A stretch of 20,000 bases of DNA from an uncultured virus (IMG/VR IMGVR_UViG_3300023257_000017) (taxonomy: Duplodnaviria > Heunggongvirae > Uroviricota > Caudoviricetes). The DNA lies in the IMG/VR virus record IMGVR_UViG_3300023257_000017; one strand, written 5' to 3'. Within the stretch, counting starts at the first letter, position 1; the number at the start of each line of letters is the position of its first letter. Positions 1 to 8,966 of the stretch are shown here, in pieces. The position numbers and the translations under genes are program-made. The notes beneath the pieces are model-generated. The model did no database searches and was not told the DNA's origin. It saw only the letters and a program-made list of their open reading frames with translations.

Positions 1-1223
1 TTCATATAAATATAATTTGCGCTAGTACTATATTCTCCTAACACCATAGCATTCTGCCCTGCATCCAAATAAAGCCAATGTGAAATAGCCCAAGGAGTAT
101 CAGCATGTAAATTTATTGGGGTTATTCTTAAATCATCATCATTAAAATCATATGCGCTACCTATCTTTCCTGGGACAGAAGGAATTGCAGAAGAAAATGT
201 ATAATCTATACTACTCATATCCCCAAAATGATAAACCAATTCTGCATCATCCGAATAAGCACTTGTTGTTTGATAACCAGTACCTAATTCTTCAACCTCG
301 TAAGGGACAGTTACATTATTACTATCTACAACTCTGATATCGGAACAGGTGTTGTATTGGAGTTCGTATTGTTCAGTTATCGCTTGTTGTGGGATATTGT
401 ATCCATCCCAAATGTATAAACTATCTATACCAGTACCACCCTCAACAGTGTCCCAAACAGTTAATTCTAAAATCTGGGTTGTTTTAACATTTCTGAAACC
501 GATTGCTGATTGACAAACTAAAGGAGTGTCAGGTTTATTAGAAAAGTCTGAACAATCTCCGCCAGCATCATATAAACAATATGAAATAGTATCTGCTGTT
601 TCTGAAACATGTGCTACAAACCAAGTACCACTAGTAGCGGTTCCACCTGATATTGGGTGGAAAGAACCATCATAGCATTGGGCAAATGTGGTGTTACCAA
701 CACAATTAAAAGAATTATAAACATCATTAAAACCTGAACCCATTTCATGCCCATACATTCCCCAATCTGATACACTACCAGAAGCTTTATTTTCAGGGTC
801 TATTGAGCAGAAAGCAATACCATAAGTAGAACTTGTGACATTTCCAATAGAAATAGGAACGTAAGCACTATCTGCTCCAGCACCATATCTCATTTCACCA
901 TCTGTGATATTATTATTATTTGCTCCATCTCCTTCAACCCAAGTATCTCCTGAATCTCCTTTATGCCCTGCTATATCTGTAGTATCGCCCGTAAAAGTAT
1001 CTACAAGTAAATAATCTCCTAATGTTGTTGATGGGACTGTATCTATACTTGTCCAAACACTATACCCACAATCACTCCATTGACTTGTTCCATTCAAAGC
1101 TAAAGCTAAATTTACTGAAGGGATTGATGTGATGTTGTAAGATGAACTATATGGTGCTCCTGCATTAACAGAAATACTACACATACATAATAACATAATT
1201 AAAAATAATATTAGCTTGTTCAT
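1..1223 (-). CDS. Secreted DUF2341/LamG-like (concanavalin A-like) adhesin or surface protein, 3'-truncated by the window edge
   Basis: Not in the ORF track. Manual translation from ATG 1223 (ATGA overlap with the upstream stop) is open to position 1 (about 407 codons): MNKLILFLIMLLCMCSISVNA-GAPY (Sec-like signal peptide), CSDIRVVDSNNVTVPYEVE (DUF2341-like), LVYHF...VPGKIGSAYDF...WAISHWLY (start of a LamG-type domain); 6 N-X-T sequons. Confidence 0.8.
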   Translation of the reverse strand, partial: MNKLILFLIMLLCMCSISVNAGAPYSSSYNITSIPSVNLALALNGTSQWSDCGYSVWTSIDTVPSTTLGDYLLVDTFTGDTTDIAGHKGDSGDTWVEGDGANNNNITDGEMRYGAGADSAYVPISIGNVTSSTYGIAFCSIDPENKASGSVSDWGMYGHEMGSGFNDVYNSFNCVGNTTFAQCYDGSFHPISGGTATSGTWFVAHVSETADTISYCLYDAGGDCSDFSNKPDTPLVCQSAIGFRNVKTTQILELTVWDTVEGGTGIDSLYIWDGYNIPQQAITEQYELQYNTCSDIRVVDSNNVTVPYEVEELGTGYQTTSAYSDDAELVYHFGDMSSIDYTFSSAIPSVPGKIGSAYDFNDDDLRITPINLHADTPWAISHWLYLDAGQNAMVLGEYSTSANYIYM

Positions 1224-1702
1224 TTGGGAACCACCACAATGTCATCAATTTTAACTGGCTCTTTCAGTAATTCTATTTTTTCACAAACTCCTTTTGAAAT
1301 TTCATATAATCGCATTGGATATTCTGCCCAATTTCTGTCGCCTATATCATATTTGCATCTATACAAATATAATTCTTCCTTATTAACATTCTGCCAAGGT
1401 GAAATATACTTTATCTTATCGTGAGTTTCAATACCAACTTTCTTACCATCATAATATTCAGTATCATAATCATCTAAAGTTTTTATAGTTTCATTCCAAG
1501 TATCACTCCAAGTATTATTCTTTTTGCTATAAACTGGCTTATGTGCTATTATCTTATTAGAATAGACTGGAACTTTCTTACTTAAATTTTCATAAATAGT
1601 TGTATAGACTGCTTTAAAAGTTCCTGATGCTGGTTGATCTATAGATACTACTATAAATGAAGAAATAATTACAATAATAATAAAAATAAGTTTAGCATTC
1701 AT
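1220..1702 (-). CDS. Hypothetical secreted or membrane-anchored protein (160 aa)
   Basis: N-terminal hydrophobic segment LIFIIIVIISSFIVVSI; sequons NLS, NNT, NET; ATGA overlaps on both sides. Confidence 0.75.
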   Translation of the reverse strand: MNAKLIFIIIVIISSFIVVSIDQPASGTFKAVYTTIYENLSKKVPVYSNKIIAHKPVYSKKNNTWSDTWNETIKTLDDYDTEYYDGKKVGIETHDKIKYISPWQNVNKEELYLYRCKYDIGDRNWAEYPMRLYEISKGVCEKIELLKEPVKIDDIVVVPK

Positions 1703-2178
1703 TTAATATCACCAATATTCCAATTAATAGTGCTTTCTGCATCTTTATATATCTCATATTTTAAATCGTAACATTTGTCCTTTCTGAACGCATAACTATA
1801 TTTAGCTTCTATTCCAAACTTACACCAATAGCATCCACAATAACTCCCAGCACATCCTCTATCTAAAGGTATATTCCTCCAGCCTTTTCCCCAACTTCTA
1901 TATAATTTTAAACTATTAATACTGTCAGATGGTCGTGCATTAATAAGTTCAGAACCATTCATAGGATATAAAAACACATCATCATTAAAACAAACATCAT
2001 TAAGTATTAACTCACAAGGCATATTTCCACCACAAACTTCTGTAGCTGTATAATTGCCAACAGTAATAACACCAGAACTCATCAAAAACATTATAAAAAC
2101 TATTGCTAAAGGAGTTCCTACTATTCCACTTGCTATTGCAAATCTTTTCAATGTTTCAGGTTTAATTCTTTTTGACAT
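1699..2178 (-). CDS. Hypothetical membrane-anchored Cys-rich protein (159 aa)
   Basis: Basic N-terminus followed by a TM helix (FAIASGIVGTPLAIVFIMFLM); Cys-rich putative ectodomain (CAGSYCGCYWC); sequons NYT, NGS; directly abuts the upstream stop. Confidence 0.75.
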   Translation of the reverse strand: MSKRIKPETLKRFAIASGIVGTPLAIVFIMFLMSSGVITVGNYTATEVCGGNMPCELILNDVCFNDDVFLYPMNGSELINARPSDSINSLKLYRSWGKGWRNIPLDRGCAGSYCGCYWCKFGIEAKYSYAFRKDKCYDLKYEIYKDAESTINWNIGDIK

Positions 2179-2616
2179 CTATATCACCATAAAATACGGG
2201 GAATAATTATAATATGATATTTTACCTTCTTGTGGCTCTAAATAGCTAAATGTTAATCCACCAACTTTATTTTTATATATACACCAATTCATAGCATGTA
2301 ATCCTTTTTTAGTTTTAACATGACAAATACCAATTGCCAAAGTAGGAAATATATTTTTTATCAATGCGTAAAACTCATAAGCAAATTTATTACAATCATG
2401 CTCTGTAGAATATTTCTGCTTTCTAATAGGTATTAATTTGACCAAAACCTTTAGTTTTTCTAAGTCACAAGTTGTATATTTATTGTCAAGCCTTTCACTG
2501 TATTTTGATGCCTTATCTAGATATTTAGCAATTATATAATTAGAAACAGGAGTGCTTTCTATCTCCTTTCTCATACTTAACCAAAATAACTTCAGATAGT
2601 TTAATATTTTTACCAT
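2179..2616 (-). CDS. Putative papain/transglutaminase-like cysteine peptidase (145 aa)
   Basis: Motifs HDCNKFA (DCxxFA), GLHAMNW (HAxN) and YLEPQ (EPQ) give a candidate Cys-His-Glu set typical of papain-like/MOA agglutinin C-terminal-type domains. Confidence 0.6.
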   Translation of the reverse strand: MVKILNYLKLFWLSMRKEIESTPVSNYIIAKYLDKASKYSERLDNKYTTCDLEKLKVLVKLIPIRKQKYSTEHDCNKFAYEFYALIKNIFPTLAIGICHVKTKKGLHAMNWCIYKNKVGGLTFSYLEPQEGKISYYNYSPYFMVI

Positions 2617-2720
2617 TAATATCTTCTCTTCTTCTTTCTAAACAACTTAACCTTTATTAATTTTGTCATATATGTATTCTCGTAAGCTTCAATTATCCAT
2701 TCAAATATTTCTTTTATCAT
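2616..2720 (-). CDS. Small 34-aa peptide, amphipathic with a polybasic tail
   Basis: MIKEIFEWIIEAYENTYMTKLIKVKLFRKKKRRY*. Fills the gap exactly, with an ATGA overlap upstream (2717-2720) and a TAATG overlap downstream (2614-2618). Confidence 0.6.
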   Translation of the reverse strand: MIKEIFEWIIEAYENTYMTKLIKVKLFRKKKRRY

Positions 2721-3121
2721 ATTTGCTTGTGTAAAAAAACACAGTTATATTTCTTTACATCTGTATGGTTGTTATTATGCTCTATGTCTTCATTTAATTC
2801 GCTTAATATATAATTACCACTATACTTACCAATGTCAAAAGGATGCTCTGATTGGTCCCTTAATGCAACTAATCTAGTTTCTTCTTGTGTTAAAGTTAAT
2901 CCTGCATTTATGTAAGACTTTTTAGTGCCAAACAAATAAATCTCAATCTGAAGATCACTGTCTGTTAATGTAGGTCCAAATGTTGAACTAATTACTAATT
3001 GTGAACCTATTCTGCTCTTAACAGTTGCAGGGTGTTTTGTTATGCCAGTAACACGAAACTCGAACTGAATCTCATTAGCTTCGCCTGTTGCAAATATTCC
3101 TACTTCTTTCCAATCCGTCAT
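2717..3121 (-). CDS. Putative distal tail-like protein (134 aa)
   Basis: Immediately follows the tape measure gene; beta-rich pattern. Function assigned from position only. Confidence 0.5.
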   Translation of the reverse strand: MTDWKEVGIFATGEANEIQFEFRVTGITKHPATVKSRIGSQLVISSTFGPTLTDSDLQIEIYLFGTKKSYINAGLTLTQEETRLVALRDQSEHPFDIGKYSGNYILSELNEDIEHNNNHTDVKKYNCVFLHKQI

Positions 3122-3122
3122 A

Positions 3123-6100
3123 TTACATTAAAGAGGCTAATTCCTCTCGAACCTCCATTGCGATTTCTCTTGAACTTAAATTATTTCCATTAATATTAAT
3201 GTTTACACTACCAATGCTACTATTTGATTGTCCTGATGGACTTACTTTTACATGCTCTGGACCATTCTCTCCAACCATCATCATAGTAGGATTAGATATT
3301 AGTCCGTCAAAACCAGTTGCATATTTGAAAAATGCCGGATCTACAATCGCAGTTGAAGGCACATTATACGAATGTCCACCAGTATTTCCAGAAATATATT
3401 CTCCAGAATATTTTGTAGATGCACCACTATCTCCACCACTAATAGGCTCATTGTTATTTATTATACCACTTTCTGCTTCTATTAATTTCCTTTTTTGTAC
3501 AATAAGTTGATATACAGCTTCTTTTTGTTTTCGTAAAAGTTCTATCTTATCATCCATTGTTTTTTGTATTTTCTCTTGATCAGCAAGCCAATCTGCTTCA
3601 GTATCTCTAAGGTCTTCAATTTTAAGTCTCTTGCCTTCTATTGCATTTATAGCTTCGGATGCAGATTTATTTACCTCATTAGAATTATCTTCCCAATTAG
3701 CTTTGCTCTCGTCTAATTTATTCTGTTCTTCCCCAAAGAATATTCCCTGTGCCATACGTAAAGCGTCAATGTATTGAGTTTCTTCACTACTACTACCACT
3801 ACCACTTTCGTTACCAAAAAAGTTGGTGCCTAACAATTGAGTTTGTAGCGTCTGTACTGTTCCTGTGACATCCTTAGTCAAATCCATAGAGTTGATAAGC
3901 AAAGAACGCATTGTCTCATTAAGTGTCTCTTGCCAAGCTTTATATCTTGTTTCTGAACTATAAAGTGCATCATTTAATTTTTCTGCCTGTTCAACCTGAA
4001 TAGACATCTCTTTATTAGTTCCTGCTAATGCAGAACGTAAAAAAGCCTCTGCAGAGCCTAGACCCAAAGCAGAAAATTCAGCTTTCTGTTGTTGTAATTC
4101 AATATTTTTAATTAAAAATTCTACTTCAGTCTCACCAATACCATTAATATTAAACCTTCTAGATTGTATGGTACTTATTTCTGACTCTAGATTCTTAATC
4201 TCATCAGTAGTTTTCTTTATTTTTTCAGTTAATTCTGTAAATTCTATTTTTGATAATCTATTCTCTTCATTTAAATCGTGAGTTTTATCTTTCAACTTTT
4301 CTTCTGCTTTTGCAAGTTGTAGTTTTTTATCATATAATGCTTCTGCAGCCATTAATTCGCTTATATTAGAATCCTTTAAATCTCCTTTAAGCCCAATTAA
4401 ATAAGCAATAGCTTCCCTATATATTTTAAGTGCATTGCTTGCTTTCATAACTCCAGTTTGTTCTTTTGCAAATAAATCGGTAGATACGTCTAAAATATCT
4501 TTAAATGCTCTCTGTTTATTCTCATTAAGTTCAAGGAGTTTACCCATTTCTCCAAACTCTTCATTAAAGCCTTTTATTAATGCTAATCCTGTTTCATTAA
4601 CTTGGTCATCTTCTCCTGTGTTTGCAATTACTTGATCCAATAGAAGTCTTGCTGCTGCCGCATATTTTGTAGTTAATCCATATTCGTCCATAGTGTCTAC
4701 AAGTTTAATAAGTCCTTCAAGAGCTTGAGCAGATATATTTTCAGTGTTCGCTTGTGCATCAGCAAGCTTTTCTTCTTTCGTTTTTCTAGTTTCGAATACA
4801 CCATTTAGTTTTTCATTAGCACCAATAATCTCTAATACAGAACTCAAAGTAGCACTATCTATACCTCTTTTCATCTCAGCTAATTGATTTTCTTCTGCTT
4901 CTATGTCTTTTATCTTTTGCTTAACATTTAAATTTTCATATAATACTTGATTGAATTTTTCTACATCTTCTGACTTAATGTTAAAACTAATTAGTCCAGC
5001 ATTGGCACGTTTTCTTTGATCGTATAGATTTGGCTTTCCTATAACAAAACCACCTGTAGCATTTTCCCTTACCTTTAATCCCACGTTATCAAGCGATTCT
5101 ACAATCTTATCAAATTGTACTCGTGCTAATTCTCCAGCTTTACCTCCTAAATTCATAGCAGCTGATAATTGTTCTAAATCCTTAGCTAAAGCTCTTGTTG
5201 TTTCGCTAGCACGACCACCTACAAATAACTCTTTAATGTTTTGACCAAACCCTGCAGTAACAAGGCCAGCATCTTGTAACATAGATTGGAATACAGCACT
5301 GGTCTCTTTTCCTTGATTTTCTAAAGATTCCATAGCTTTTTTATATAGATTAATAGAATGTTCACCAGCTTGTAAGCTTGCTGAAACATCGCCAATAGTA
5401 ATACCTAATTTTTTATACTGATCAAGTAATGCATTAACACCAGGCGCACCACGAATACCAAATGCATCCATAATTAGTTTTGATCTTTCTGCTTCAGTCC
5501 CAACCTTATCTAGTGCATCGGATAATTCAGTAACAATTCTGTTTAATGATTTAAAATCACCATCTATAGTTGTAGCACTAAAACCTAATTTTCTTAACTG
5601 CTTGGATGCTTCTGCAGGAGTTTTTACTAATCCCTGAATAACCCTCCTAAGAGTAGTGCCCGATTTTGAGCCGCGAAGCCCCGCGTTAGTTAGTAACCCT
5701 ATAGTCGTAACTGTTTCTTCTAATGAAATACCAGCACCAGCAGCCACAGTACCAACTAATCCTAATGATGTTGTTAATTGACTAACTGTTGAAGCTGTTT
5801 GAACAGCAGCACCAGCCAAGATATTAGCAACATGTGTAGCATCTTTTGCTCCAAGACTAAACTGATTTAAAGTTGTTGAAATTGCATCAGTTGCAATAGC
5901 TAATGTTGTAAAACCACCAATGGCTAATTTTGTTGAAGCGTTTACAATATCAAACGATTCTGCAGCATCAAATCCTTTCTTAGAAACCTCTAAATATGCA
6001 GCAGCAGTCTCTTTAAGCGTAAATATTGTACCCATTCTAAGAAGGCTTACTTGATTCATAATCTCTTCATTAGTTTTACCAGTAACAGAACCAATTTGTG

Positions 6101-6386
6101 TTATAGCATGCTCTACTTCACGAGCAGGTTTTGCTAATTTATTATATAAGGCAATAACTAGACCTATTGAAACTGCATAGTTAAAATAAGTAATCCTAGC
6201 TTTAGTAAGACCAGCCCAACCACTTTTATGAGCTTTATCCTTATCAATCTCTGACTTTTTTAATTTCTTATTAGCAGCTTCTAGAGCTTTCAACCTTTTC
6301 TCATAGTCTTTCAACTGACTATAATCAATCTTACCAGTACGAAACTCTGTTGATATTACAATTGTACGATTTATATTGCCTGCCAT
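3123..6386 (-). CDS. Tail tape measure protein (1087 aa)
   Basis: Ala/Gly-rich helical core with TP901-type TMP motifs (HVANILAGAA, GISLEET, GLRGSKSGTTLR, AFGIRG), long coiled coils, and C-terminal ATGFDG...VGENGPE motif; follows the tail chaperone. Confidence 0.93.
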   Translation of the reverse strand: MAGNINRTIVISTEFRTGKIDYSQLKDYEKRLKALEAANKKLKKSEIDKDKAHKSGWAGLTKARITYFNYAVSIGLVIALYNKLAKPAREVEHAITQIGSVTGKTNEEIMNQVSLLRMGTIFTLKETAAAYLEVSKKGFDAAESFDIVNASTKLAIGGFTTLAIATDAISTTLNQFSLGAKDATHVANILAGAAVQTASTVSQLTTSLGLVGTVAAGAGISLEETVTTIGLLTNAGLRGSKSGTTLRRVIQGLVKTPAEASKQLRKLGFSATTIDGDFKSLNRIVTELSDALDKVGTEAERSKLIMDAFGIRGAPGVNALLDQYKKLGITIGDVSASLQAGEHSINLYKKAMESLENQGKETSAVFQSMLQDAGLVTAGFGQNIKELFVGGRASETTRALAKDLEQLSAAMNLGGKAGELARVQFDKIVESLDNVGLKVRENATGGFVIGKPNLYDQRKRANAGLISFNIKSEDVEKFNQVLYENLNVKQKIKDIEAEENQLAEMKRGIDSATLSSVLEIIGANEKLNGVFETRKTKEEKLADAQANTENISAQALEGLIKLVDTMDEYGLTTKYAAAARLLLDQVIANTGEDDQVNETGLALIKGFNEEFGEMGKLLELNENKQRAFKDILDVSTDLFAKEQTGVMKASNALKIYREAIAYLIGLKGDLKDSNISELMAAEALYDKKLQLAKAEEKLKDKTHDLNEENRLSKIEFTELTEKIKKTTDEIKNLESEISTIQSRRFNINGIGETEVEFLIKNIELQQQKAEFSALGLGSAEAFLRSALAGTNKEMSIQVEQAEKLNDALYSSETRYKAWQETLNETMRSLLINSMDLTKDVTGTVQTLQTQLLGTNFFGNESGSGSSSEETQYIDALRMAQGIFFGEEQNKLDESKANWEDNSNEVNKSASEAINAIEGKRLKIEDLRDTEADWLADQEKIQKTMDDKIELLRKQKEAVYQLIVQKRKLIEAESGIINNNEPISGGDSGASTKYSGEYISGNTGGHSYNVPSTAIVDPAFFKYATGFDGLISNPTMMMVGENGPEHVKVSPSGQSNSSIGSVNININGNNLSSREIAMEVREELASLM

Positions 6387-6398
6387 TATGTTTGTTTC

Positions 6399-6563
6399 TT
6401 AAACTCCTCTCATTTTACTTAAATGATCAATGTACGCTTTTATCATGCCATTAATTTGAAACTGGTACAAGTTTCCTTGCTTGTCTGGGGTAACTCCAAG
6501 TAAGGATAAATACATATCCTGCCTGAATCTGTTTAATCTTGCAGTTCCCCGTCGAAGTTTTTT
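6399..6563 (-). CDS. -1 frameshift extension (T part) of the tail assembly chaperone G-T
   Basis: The -1 frame is open from the slippery site to TAA 6399-6401 and adds 52 aa (LRRGTARLNRFRQDMYLSLLGVTPDKQGNLYQFQINGMIKAYIDHLSKMRGV), ending 12 nt before the TMP start. Confidence 0.8.
   Translation of the reverse strand, partial: KKLRRGTARLNRFRQDMYLSLLGVTPDKQGNLYQFQINGMIKAYIDHLSKMRGV
6487..6563 (-). promoter_or_regulatory. Programmed -1 ribosomal frameshift signal: A_AAA_AAC heptamer plus 3' stem
   Basis: In-frame X_XXY_YYZ heptamer at 6563-6557; 6-nt spacer; stem GGGGAACUGCAAG (6550-6538) pairing with CUUGGAGUUACCCC (6500-6487); inner hairpin AGGAUA/UAUCCU (6520-6503). Confidence 0.8.
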
Positions 6564-7360
6564 AATTTTTCGCTTCTTCTATTATTCACTAATATTTCTT
6601 TAGGAGAAGCTTTATGATATTCTGAAATATCTCCAATTGCGTCTTTAAAACACATCCTCATTTGTGGCTTTGCTAAGTCCCATTCTTTGATTGTTAATTT
6701 AGGCTCAGCTACTTTATCTGATAATAAATGACTAATGAATGTTTTATCTTCTTTGTCAATAGGACTTTGCCATTCACCTTTATCATTCTTCCACATATTT
6801 TTATTGAAATATTTATATGCCTCTGACACAGTACATGGTATTGCTTTTATCTTTCTTAATACTTTTTCACTATCACGTTTTTTCTCTAAGAAATTTAAAT
6901 CAGCCCTACATTCATTTATCTTAATAGTGTATGCAGATATTTTTATACCATTCTCTGAAGATATTTTGTTTATTACAAGATTTTTATCCTCTATTTGTTT
7001 TTTTATCCCTTTTATTACTTCTAATTGTGGCTTTTCTTCTTTGCTTAAAATAATAATAGCTTCTTTTGATTTCGATATTTCAGCATTAATCAATTTCATT
7101 GTACTCTTAAAAGCAACCTTAATAGAATCATACATTGTAAGAGCATTATCTAGTTCCATAGTTGTGAATAATAATTCATCGTCAATAGATTTATCATAAA
7201 CTTCAATCTCCATTTCTTCAGCTATTGCTACACCATCTTCATCAACCTGAAACATTATCTCTTCTTTTTTTAGAAAAGTGTTCTCTTTAGATTTGTCTAT
7301 TGTGTTTGTTCCAACTATATTTCCTTCTTTTGCAGTGCTTTCCTTATTTTCTTTAGTCAT
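6533..7360 (-). CDS. Tail assembly chaperone (G-like) with a long coiled-coil segment
   Basis: Lies between tail tube and TMP genes and ends in a slippery site. Start moved from 7387 to ATG 7360 (MTKENK), preceded by SD GAGGT. Confidence 0.7.
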   Translation of the reverse strand: MTKENKESTAKEGNIVGTNTIDKSKENTFLKKEEIMFQVDEDGVAIAEEMEIEVYDKSIDDELLFTTMELDNALTMYDSIKVAFKSTMKLINAEISKSKEAIIILSKEEKPQLEVIKGIKKQIEDKNLVINKISSENGIKISAYTIKINECRADLNFLEKKRDSEKVLRKIKAIPCTVSEAYKYFNKNMWKNDKGEWQSPIDKEDKTFISHLLSDKVAEPKLTIKEWDLAKPQMRMCFKDAIGDISEYHKASPKEILVNNRRSEKLKNFDGELQD

Positions 7361-7766
7361 TTTTAACCTCTTTTTTCTTTGAAGCATTCATCATTGCACG
7401 TTTTTCTCGCACACGTCTTCTAGTTCTTTCTTCTTCAGTCTCTACAACTTCCTCTTTCTTCTCACTTATGTCTGTAATTACATTAGCAAGTAATTCATCA
7501 TGAGCATAAACTAATCTCTCTAATGTTTCTAATCTATTGTTTTGTGCTGTAAATATTTGTGTCTTATTCTCTAATATGTCTAACGCTAATGCAAACGCTT
7601 TATTATGAAACTTAGAAAAACCTCTATCCTCACACCATCTAGCCCATCTATTTGCCTGGTTAATATGAAGCGGCTTTATCACAAAAGCTATATTCTCTTT
7701 CTTATATTCTACATCGCTTATCTGTTCGATACGCATTACATTTTCTTCTTCTGGTTTTTCGTCCAT
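7353..7766 (-). CDS. Hypothetical protein, possible ribbon-helix-helix plus coiled coil (137 aa)
   Basis: SD GAGG upstream; strand-helix-helix pattern (FVIKPL / INQANRWARWCEDRG / HNKAFALALDILE) followed by heptad-like LETLERLV and a charged tail. Confidence 0.6.
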   Translation of the reverse strand: MDEKPEEENVMRIEQISDVEYKKENIAFVIKPLHINQANRWARWCEDRGFSKFHNKAFALALDILENKTQIFTAQNNRLETLERLVYAHDELLANVITDISEKKEEVVETEEERTRRRVREKRAMMNASKKKEVKND

Positions 7767-7797
7767 ATAAATTCATTCCTCTTTAATTTTCTAATTC

Positions 7798-7831
7798 AAA
7801 AAAATAAAAAAATAAGGGATTATTTACCCTT
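7798..7831 (-). terminator. Terminator after the tail tube gene
   Basis: Minus strand AAGGG-taaataat-CCCTT hairpin followed by T7-A-T7. Confidence 0.65.
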
Positions 7832-8663
7832 GTTGATTCTTGATACTAACTCTTCCGTAATCCTGTGGCTTACAATCAAATCCAACAGTCTCAGTTGCTT
7901 GGCCTTCTGAAGGTCGTGCAGTGTCATCACTTACACCATCAACATTGTATAAAGCCTCAATAACTTGATTTCCTGTTCTTGGATCATACTGTCTTAAGAT
8001 TATTGTTTTTCCATAATCTCTTGTAGCAGTACCAATTGTTGCTTCAACTAAATCACTACCAGATGTTGCATTGTTAATTGATTGGCTTACAATACTACCA
8101 TTAAGATATTGTGTCCAACCATTAGCAATAGATATAGCTTCAATACTTACAGTTCTAGATTCTTGTACTGCTGTAACTTTGACTCTTTTTCCATTTTGTA
8201 CAACGACATAAGTATTAGCTCTTCCACCGCCACCTAAGCTGACATTAGTAATTTCATCAGTTCTCTCATTCAAACTTGCTGAATATGAAATTAACAAACT
8301 ACCAGCAACTGATGCGGGAACTGCAGTTGTCATTACGAAACTACCAGTAGTACCTATTACAATACTGACTGCGTATGTAGACGTATTAAGAGGGCTTATA
8401 CTACCGTTCTTTAATGTCTCAATGAATACATCCTTTCTATAATAATTACCACTAGAGTCAGTATATTGTGCCTGTGGACTTCCTGACCAACCAGATAAAG
8501 TTGTTGCGTCACCCATTACTGCTTCCATCTTATGAGTTGTTGTATATTCTTTGTTTGTTCCGTTAATATCACCAGTAGCAATCTCTCTTTCATAATGTTG
8601 TTCATAAATGAAAGTTCTAAGATTATCACCAGTTAATACTTCACTATTTCCGACTGTAACCAT
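7824..8663 (-). CDS. Major tail (tube) protein, probably with an inserted accessory beta domain (279 aa)
   Basis: Thr/Ser/Gly/Val-rich; upstream of chaperone and TMP; GDINGTNKEYTT motif common in virion accessory domains; SD GGAGG; followed by a terminator as expected for an abundant virion protein. Confidence 0.7.
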   Translation of the reverse strand: MVTVGNSEVLTGDNLRTFIYEQHYEREIATGDINGTNKEYTTTHKMEAVMGDATTLSGWSGSPQAQYTDSSGNYYRKDVFIETLKNGSISPLNTSTYAVSIVIGTTGSFVMTTAVPASVAGSLLISYSASLNERTDEITNVSLGGGGRANTYVVVQNGKRVKVTAVQESRTVSIEAISIANGWTQYLNGSIVSQSINNATSGSDLVEATIGTATRDYGKTIILRQYDPRTGNQVIEALYNVDGVSDDTARPSEGQATETVGFDCKPQDYGRVSIKNQQG

Positions 8664-8669
8664 TTTTTA

Positions 8670-8954
8670 TTATTCCTCCAATTTTTTATCAAATAAAGCA
8701 GGTTTTTCTTCAAACACTACCTTTTTAACTTCTTCTTTTTTAGTACCTTTATTCTCTGGTTTCTTGTGGATTTTTTTCTCTTCCACTTTCTTTTCAATCT
8801 TGATTTTCCTTTCTACAGGTATTATTTTATGTTCCCTTAAAAGAACCTTAATACATTCTGACATTCTTGCTTCAAACTGTTCATTAATATCAATAATCCT
8901 ACCTAAATCTTTAACGAATAATCCGAATTTGCATGCGTTTTTATATTCCTTCAT
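8670..8954 (-). CDS. Hypothetical Lys/Glu-rich protein (94 aa)
   Basis: SD AGGTGAT upstream; fits the operon packing. Confidence 0.65.
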   Translation of the reverse strand: MKEYKNACKFGLFVKDLGRIIDINEQFEARMSECIKVLLREHKIIPVERKIKIEKKVEEKKIHKKPENKGTKKEEVKKVVFEEKPALFDKKLEE

Positions 8955-8966
8955 TATTTATCACCT

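Noticed and set aside
7824..8663. Contractile tail (sheath) interpretation
   Set aside because: No sheath-sized gene or baseplate wedge genes in the window; the layout fits a non-contractile tail.
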